From Acidobacteriota bacterium (GTDB lineage Bacteria; Acidobacteriota; UBA890; WLXD01), in contig CBDFKD010000002.1 of the NCBI GenBank assembly GCA_965248695.1, positions 5,697,899 to 5,761,898 on the forward strand: 64,000 nt of DNA, in the 5' to 3' direction. The position numbers were made by a program, and so were the translations under genes. The notes below the pieces were generated by a model. It was not told the DNA's origin and did no database searches. It was given only the letters and a program-made list of their open reading frames with translations. The first letter of the stretch is position 1. Every line of letters begins with the position of its first letter. This document shows positions 59,582-64,000 of the stretch, piece by piece.

Positions 59582-59665
59582 TGCCGAGGGGGGGACTCGA
59601 ACCCCCACGGGCTTTCGCCCACATGGCCCTCAACCATGCGCGTCTGCCAATTCCGCCACCTCGGC
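59582..59665 (-). tRNA. tRNA-Leu(GAG)
   Basis: GCCGAGG acceptor, D-loop GGAATTGGCAGAC, anticodon loop TTGAGGG, long variable arm, GGTTCGAGTCC; CCA not encoded. Confidence 0.95.
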
Positions 59666-59737
59666 ATTGGGCGTCCAGAACGTTAGATCACCGCCACAAC
59701 GATGCATAGCCGGTAGTCGGCGCCTGTCGAGCAGAGA

Positions 59738-60181
59738 CTACGGCCGCGCGCCGCCGCTGCCACCCTGCTCGGGCTGCTCGCCGGAGCTGGCGCCCGACTC
59801 GGTACCGGCGCCGTCCTGGGCATTTCCGTCTGTCTGCTCGTCGTCACCGCCCGCCGGATCGGCATCGCTCGCCGGTGGTACCTCGGCGCCCGGCTGCGCT
59901 GCGGCCGGCGCAGTGGCGGCCGGATCTTCTAAGCCTTCGATCAGCGAAACCGATCGCCGGCCGGTCATACCGAGCGTCAGAGAGGTGAGCATGAAGACGA
60001 CCGCCGCCGTGGTCGTCGCCTTCTGCAGCAGGGTGGTCGCGCCGCGCATCCCGAGAGCCGTCTGGCTACCGCCGCCGCCGAACGCACCCGCCAGGTCAGC
60101 GGCCTGCGCCGACTGCAGCAACACCACGAAGATCAAGAACACACAGGCGACGACGTGGATGGTAACGAGAACGGCTGTCAT
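59738..60181 (-). CDS. secG: Preprotein translocase SecG
   Basis: IHVVACVFLIFVVLLQ...DLAGAFGGGGSQT; conserved tpiA-secG-tRNA-Leu order. Confidence 0.93.
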   Translation of the reverse strand: MTAVLVTIHVVACVFLIFVVLLQSAQAADLAGAFGGGGSQTALGMRGATTLLQKATTTAAVVFMLTSLTLGMTGRRSVSLIEGLEDPAATAPAAAQPGAEVPPASDADPAGGDDEQTDGNAQDGAGTESGASSGEQPEQGGSGGARP

Positions 60182-60367
60182 TGTGGAAATCCTGGAGAGG
60201 ATCCTGAATGGAGGCGGGCGGTTCCGATCGCCGGGAAACCACGCCGGCACCGCGGGCAATCTGTCCCGATGTGGCAGCGCGGCGGGGCGCTCGCCGGACA
60301 AGAAGTTAACTGTAGCATCGGCCGGCAAGAGCGGCCAGCCGACCGTCCCTTGGCAGAGTCGACGGCG

Positions 60368-61129
60368 CTAGCAGACTGCCTGGGCGATGCCGCCAAACGA
60401 CGCAGCGTCGAGGCTGGCACCGCCTACCAGGGCACCGTCAATGTCGGGCTGCGATAGTAGCTCGGCAGCGTTGCCTGACTTCACGCTGCCGCCGTACAGG
60501 ACGCGAACGACTTCCGACGCCTCGGCACCGAACAGGTCGCTCAACAGCGCACGAATGAACGCATGGACCGTCTGCGCCTGTTCGGGCGTCGCGGTCAACC
60601 CGGTGCCGATCGCCCAGACGGGCTCGTAGGCGACGACCAGGCGGCGCGCCTGTGACGCGGGCAGCCCCTCGAGAGCGGTGCGCAGCTGGACGTCGACCAC
60701 GCTCTCGGTGTCTTCGGCCTCGCGTTGCTGCTGCGTTTCGCCGCAACAGACATAGGGGGTAAGGTCGTGCGCCAGCGCGGCGCGCAGCTTGCGCGACACG
60801 ACCCGGTCGCTGTCACCGAACAGCGCGCGACGCTCCGAATGTCCCAGAATCACGAAGCTGGCTCCGAGATCGGTGAGCATGACCGGTGAGATCTCGCCGG
60901 TATAGGCTCCCTCCTCGGCATGGTGCATGTTCTGCGCCCCGAGGCCGATGCTGCTTCCCTGCAGCGCCTCGGCGGCCGCCGACAGCGCCGTGAACGGCGG
61001 TGCGACGGTGACGTCGACCCCGGACAGCCCATCGACGCTCTTGCGCAGCTCCGCCAGGAGCGTACGCGTGGCGGCGAGCGTCTTGTGCATCTTCCAGTTC
61101 CCGGTGATCAACGGCCTTCGCGAGCTCAT
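60368..61129 (-). CDS. tpiA: Triosephosphate isomerase
   Basis: GNWKM, GHSERR, AYEPVWAIGTG, YGGSV, LVGGASL. Confidence 0.98.
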   Translation of the reverse strand: MSSRRPLITGNWKMHKTLAATRTLLAELRKSVDGLSGVDVTVAPPFTALSAAAEALQGSSIGLGAQNMHHAEEGAYTGEISPVMLTDLGASFVILGHSERRALFGDSDRVVSRKLRAALAHDLTPYVCCGETQQQREAEDTESVVDVQLRTALEGLPASQARRLVVAYEPVWAIGTGLTATPEQAQTVHAFIRALLSDLFGAEASEVVRVLYGGSVKSGNAAELLSQPDIDGALVGGASLDAASFGGIAQAVC

Positions 61130-62340
61130 CCGATGTCGCCTCCGTAGGATTCACGGTCCGTCAAGGACGAAACGCCGGGGAGTATGCGCCCGGCAAGGAG
61201 ATCCAGGCAGGCACCGCCGCCAGTCGATACATGCGAGACCCTACTGGAGATCGAGAACTTCGCAGCTGCCGCGGCTGTATCGCCGCCCCCGATCACGGTG
61301 AAGGCAGGCGGACCGAGGGCGCCGACGCTGTCCGCAATCGAGCGCGTCCCTTCGGCGAACGCCGGTGTCTCGAACACGCCCATCGGGCCGTTCCAGACCA
61401 CCGTGCGCGCCCCCACGAGCGCCGCTGCGAATCGCCCTCGGGTCTCCGGGCCCAAGTCGAGCGCCATCTCGTCGTCCGGCACATCATGAACGACATGGGC
61501 TCGATCGGGTCGGTCTATCGCCGGCGCCACCACCAGGTCGTCGGGCAGCACCACTTCGACGCCCGAGGCGGCGGCCGCGGCGAGCAACTGGGCGGCTTGT
61601 GAGATCGCACCTTGCCCTGCCAACGATGCTCCGATCTTGCGGCCCTGGGCGGCAAGGAAGGCGTTCGCCATAGCACCCCCGATCAACATGCGGTCGATTA
61701 ACGGCAGTAGGTTGCCGATGATCGAGACCTTGTCGCTCACCTTCGCACCGCCGAGAATCAACGCGAATGGCGCCTCCGGTTGCACCAGCACCCGGCTTAG
61801 CATGCCCACCTCGCGCTGCAACAGATCCCCTGCCGCTGCGGCGGGGGCCCTTGCCGCAACACCGGCAATAGAGGCGTGTTCGCGATGCGCCGCACCGAAT
61901 GCGTCGTTGACATAGGCCTCCGCGAGCTCGGCCAGCGTGGCGGCAAACCCCGCGTCGTTGGCGGTCTCAGCAGCATGGAATCGGAGGTTCTCCAGCAACA
62001 AGACGCCTCCCGAATCGAGAGCGCTGACGGCGTCTCGCACCGACTGGCCGACACAATCGGGAACGAAGTCAACATGGGTGCCGAGGCGATCAGCGAGCAC
62101 ATCGACGATCGGCTGCATCGACAGCTCGGCAACCCGCTGACCCTTCGGCCGGCCGCGATGGGACATGACGACGATGCGCGCTCCGGCGCGCTGCAAGTGA
62201 CGCAGCGTCGGCAGTGTACCCATGATGCGGGTGTCGTCGGTGACCACACCGCCTTCGACCGGCACATTGAAATCGGTGCGCACCAGAACCGTGCGCCCAC
62301 CAGCGGCGAGGTCCTGCAGTCGTAACTTGGTGCGCAACAC
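61126..62340 (-). CDS. pgk: Phosphoglycerate kinase
   Basis: RTDFNVP, LLENLRF, NDAFG, GGAKVSDK, WNGPMG, STGGGA. Confidence 0.97.
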   Translation of the reverse strand: MLRTKLRLQDLAAGGRTVLVRTDFNVPVEGGVVTDDTRIMGTLPTLRHLQRAGARIVVMSHRGRPKGQRVAELSMQPIVDVLADRLGTHVDFVPDCVGQSVRDAVSALDSGGVLLLENLRFHAAETANDAGFAATLAELAEAYVNDAFGAAHREHASIAGVAARAPAAAAGDLLQREVGMLSRVLVQPEAPFALILGGAKVSDKVSIIGNLLPLIDRMLIGGAMANAFLAAQGRKIGASLAGQGAISQAAQLLAAAAASGVEVVLPDDLVVAPAIDRPDRAHVVHDVPDDEMALDLGPETRGRFAAALVGARTVVWNGPMGVFETPAFAEGTRSIADSVGALGPPAFTVIGGGDTAAAAAKFSISSRVSHVSTGGGACLDLLAGRILPGVSSLTDRESYGGDIG

Positions 62341-62455
62341 GGCCGCCGTCGGCGCAGTACGCCCTTCTGCACCTCTGCGTGCGCCGCGGAGCTCGCGGCC
62401 GTCCTCGCCGGACGACCCGCCCCGACTACCCTGCACCGGCGCCACGGGGCTCGTT

Positions 62456-63466
62456 CTACAACCGCGCGCCGATGAACTCGGCCAGGTCTTTCACCCGCGT
62501 CGAGTATCCGGCCTCGTTGTCATACCAGGAGACCACCTGAACCAGGTTCTTCTCGATCACGCGAGTGAACGGCGCGTCGACCGTCGACGACATCGTGTTG
62601 CCGACGTAGTCAACCGACACGAGCGGCTCATCGGTGACCGCCAGCACTCCCGTCATCGGCCCCTCGGCTGCGGCGCGGAGGAAACCGTTGACCTCCTCCG
62701 CGTCCGTGTCGCGGTCGACATGAGCAACTAGGTCAATCACCGACACATCCGGAGTCGGCACCCGGATTGCGAACCCATCGAGCTTGCCCGCCAACGCCGG
62801 CAGCACCAGCCCGACTGCCTTGGCGGCTCCGGTGGTCGTAGGAATCATCGAGATTGCCGCCGCCCGCGCTCGGCGCAAGTCCTTGTGCGGCAAGTCGAGA
62901 ATGCGCTGTCCGTTCGTATAGGCGTGGACTGTCGTCATCCAGCCCTTGTGAATCGTCAGCGACTCATGCAGCACCTTGGCGACCGGCGCCAGGCAGTTGG
63001 TGGTACACGAAGCGTTCGAGATGATGTGATGTTCCGCCGCGTCGTACTCCTCGTGGTTCACTCCAAGACAGACGGTAAAGTCCGGATCGCCAGCCGCCGG
63101 GGCCGAGATGATCACCTTTCTAGCTCCGGCCTCGAGGTGCTTGCCGGCAAGCTCTCGACTGCGGAAGAACCCGGTAGCCTCGACCACCACGTCGACGCCG
63201 ATGTCGTCCCACGGGAGCGCCGCCGGATCGCGCTCCGACAGTACCTGTATGGCGTCGCCGTCGATCCGTAGCGCACCCTCCGCGGCCTCGACGGTGCCTC
63301 CGTAACGCCCGTGCACGGAGTCGTACTGCAGTAGATGGGCCAGTGTGTCGGCGTCGGTCAGGTCGTTGATCGCGACGAAATCAATGTCGGACTGGTCGCG
63401 CTTGGCGGCCCGCAGCACATTGCGGCCGATACGTCCGAAACCGTTGATCGCAACTCGGACAGGCAT
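62456..63466 (-). CDS. gap: Glyceraldehyde-3-phosphate dehydrogenase type I
   Basis: [26 protein letters not shown]; GGAGG RBS. Confidence 0.98.
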   Translation of the reverse strand: MPVRVAINGFGRIGRNVLRAAKRDQSDIDFVAINDLTDADTLAHLLQYDSVHGRYGGTVEAAEGALRIDGDAIQVLSERDPAALPWDDIGVDVVVEATGFFRSRELAGKHLEAGARKVIISAPAAGDPDFTVCLGVNHEEYDAAEHHIISNASCTTNCLAPVAKVLHESLTIHKGWMTTVHAYTNGQRILDLPHKDLRRARAAAISMIPTTTGAAKAVGLVLPALAGKLDGFAIRVPTPDVSVIDLVAHVDRDTDAEEVNGFLRAAAEGPMTGVLAVTDEPLVSVDYVGNTMSSTVDAPFTRVIEKNLVQVVSWYDNEAGYSTRVKDLAEFIGARL

Positions 63467-63661
63467 GGGTTGCCTCCTTGGAGAGATCGGCAGAGCGAAG
63501 AATTGGCGAGGATGCCCAGGCGGATTATCGGAGCGGCCCGCTAGCCTGTCAAACTCGTTGAATCGAGGTCGGGGCACACCGCGCGCAGCAACCGTTCACA
63601 CGTCCTCAGCAGCCCCAAACCTCGGTCAATAGAAGATTCTATGGCGATCTAAAAGTTAGTT

Positions 63662-63679
63662 TTAGTCATTATTGACTAA
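63662..63679. promoter_or_regulatory. Palindromic operator candidate upstream of the gap operon
   Basis: TTAGTCA-TTAT-TGACTAA in an AT-rich patch. Confidence 0.5.
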
Positions 63680-63772
63680 CTAAACGCAGTCGATAATCAC
63701 CGAGACAGTTTTTTGGCCTTGACTGGCCGAGGCTGTCCTCTAAACTCGAACTTGTACCAATTGGTTCTCGGC

Positions 63773-64000
63773 TCACGGGGCTGACGCCGAGACTCCTTCC
63801 GACCCCTTAGTCAACTGGTCCCCCACCCCGGGTCGGGAATACATCGGAGGTATCGGGGGGATCTTCGCAACGTAGCTCACCCGCCATAGATCCGGGTGAG
63901 AGTGTGCGCGAACTCGCGCACCCGCGCTACGCGCGAACACTGGAGTCAGGACGATGTCGAGCAACGTACGGTGGGTCGCAATCGCCTCCTTGGCGGCGAA
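63773..64000 (-). CDS. Possible 3' end of an unidentified gene cut by the window edge
   Basis: Open frame from the window edge to a stop at 63773; no recognisable motif. Confidence 0.25.
   Translation of the reverse strand, partial: FAAKEAIATHRTLLDIVLTPVFARSAGARVRAHSHPDLWRVSYVAKIPPIPPMYSRPGVGDQLTKGSEGVSASAP

Noticed and set aside
59582-59665. tRNA-Leu as an island integration site
   Set aside because: No duplicated tRNA 3' end or adjacent integrase seen; flanks look like core genes.
1-64000. CRISPR array, rRNA, retron or intact defence operon
   Set aside because: No regularly spaced repeats, rRNA-like sequence, reverse transcriptase or cas motifs were seen.

Overview
High-GC bacterial DNA. 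Gene content (kinase/TolB-propeller fusions, Acidobacterial-type VWA protein, GWxTD protein, Oar-like TonB receptor, TPR/FG-GAP protein) suggests Acidobacteriota, which is an inference. Layout: (1) 1-~12.7 kb is an accessory island end. It holds an HNH-like gene broken by two complete IS3 elements, a PQQ dehydrogenase, two Ser/Thr kinase-propeller genes (one frameshifted), a polysaccharide deacetylase flanked by orphan kinase 3' tails, and an att-like end at the 3' end of a nodJ-like permease. (2) nodIJ-like ABC-2 genes and the divergent thyA-folA pair. (3) A 5.1 kb integrase/excisionase element integrated inside the 3' end of folA (15768-20915). It carries decayed phage-type genes and two paralogs of an unrecognised Cys-containing protein, each in front of a stand-alone HTH regulator. 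(4) Core genome: ferredoxin, NrdR-box-controlled nrdJ, a CTAG-targeting MITE family, ggt, rpoD, envC-like, thiolase, selB, tatA, a VWA/pseudo-matrixin/outer-membrane protein operon, and a nucleoside catabolism cluster (pdp-nupC-punA-cdd-lipoprotein deaminase-TonB receptor...deoC with microcompartment-type extension). It ends with mocA/xdhC, ccdA, tRNA-Leu(GAG) and secG-tpiA-pgk-gap. No CRISPR array or rRNA was seen. All calls come from reading the sequence and recognising motifs; no database search was run.
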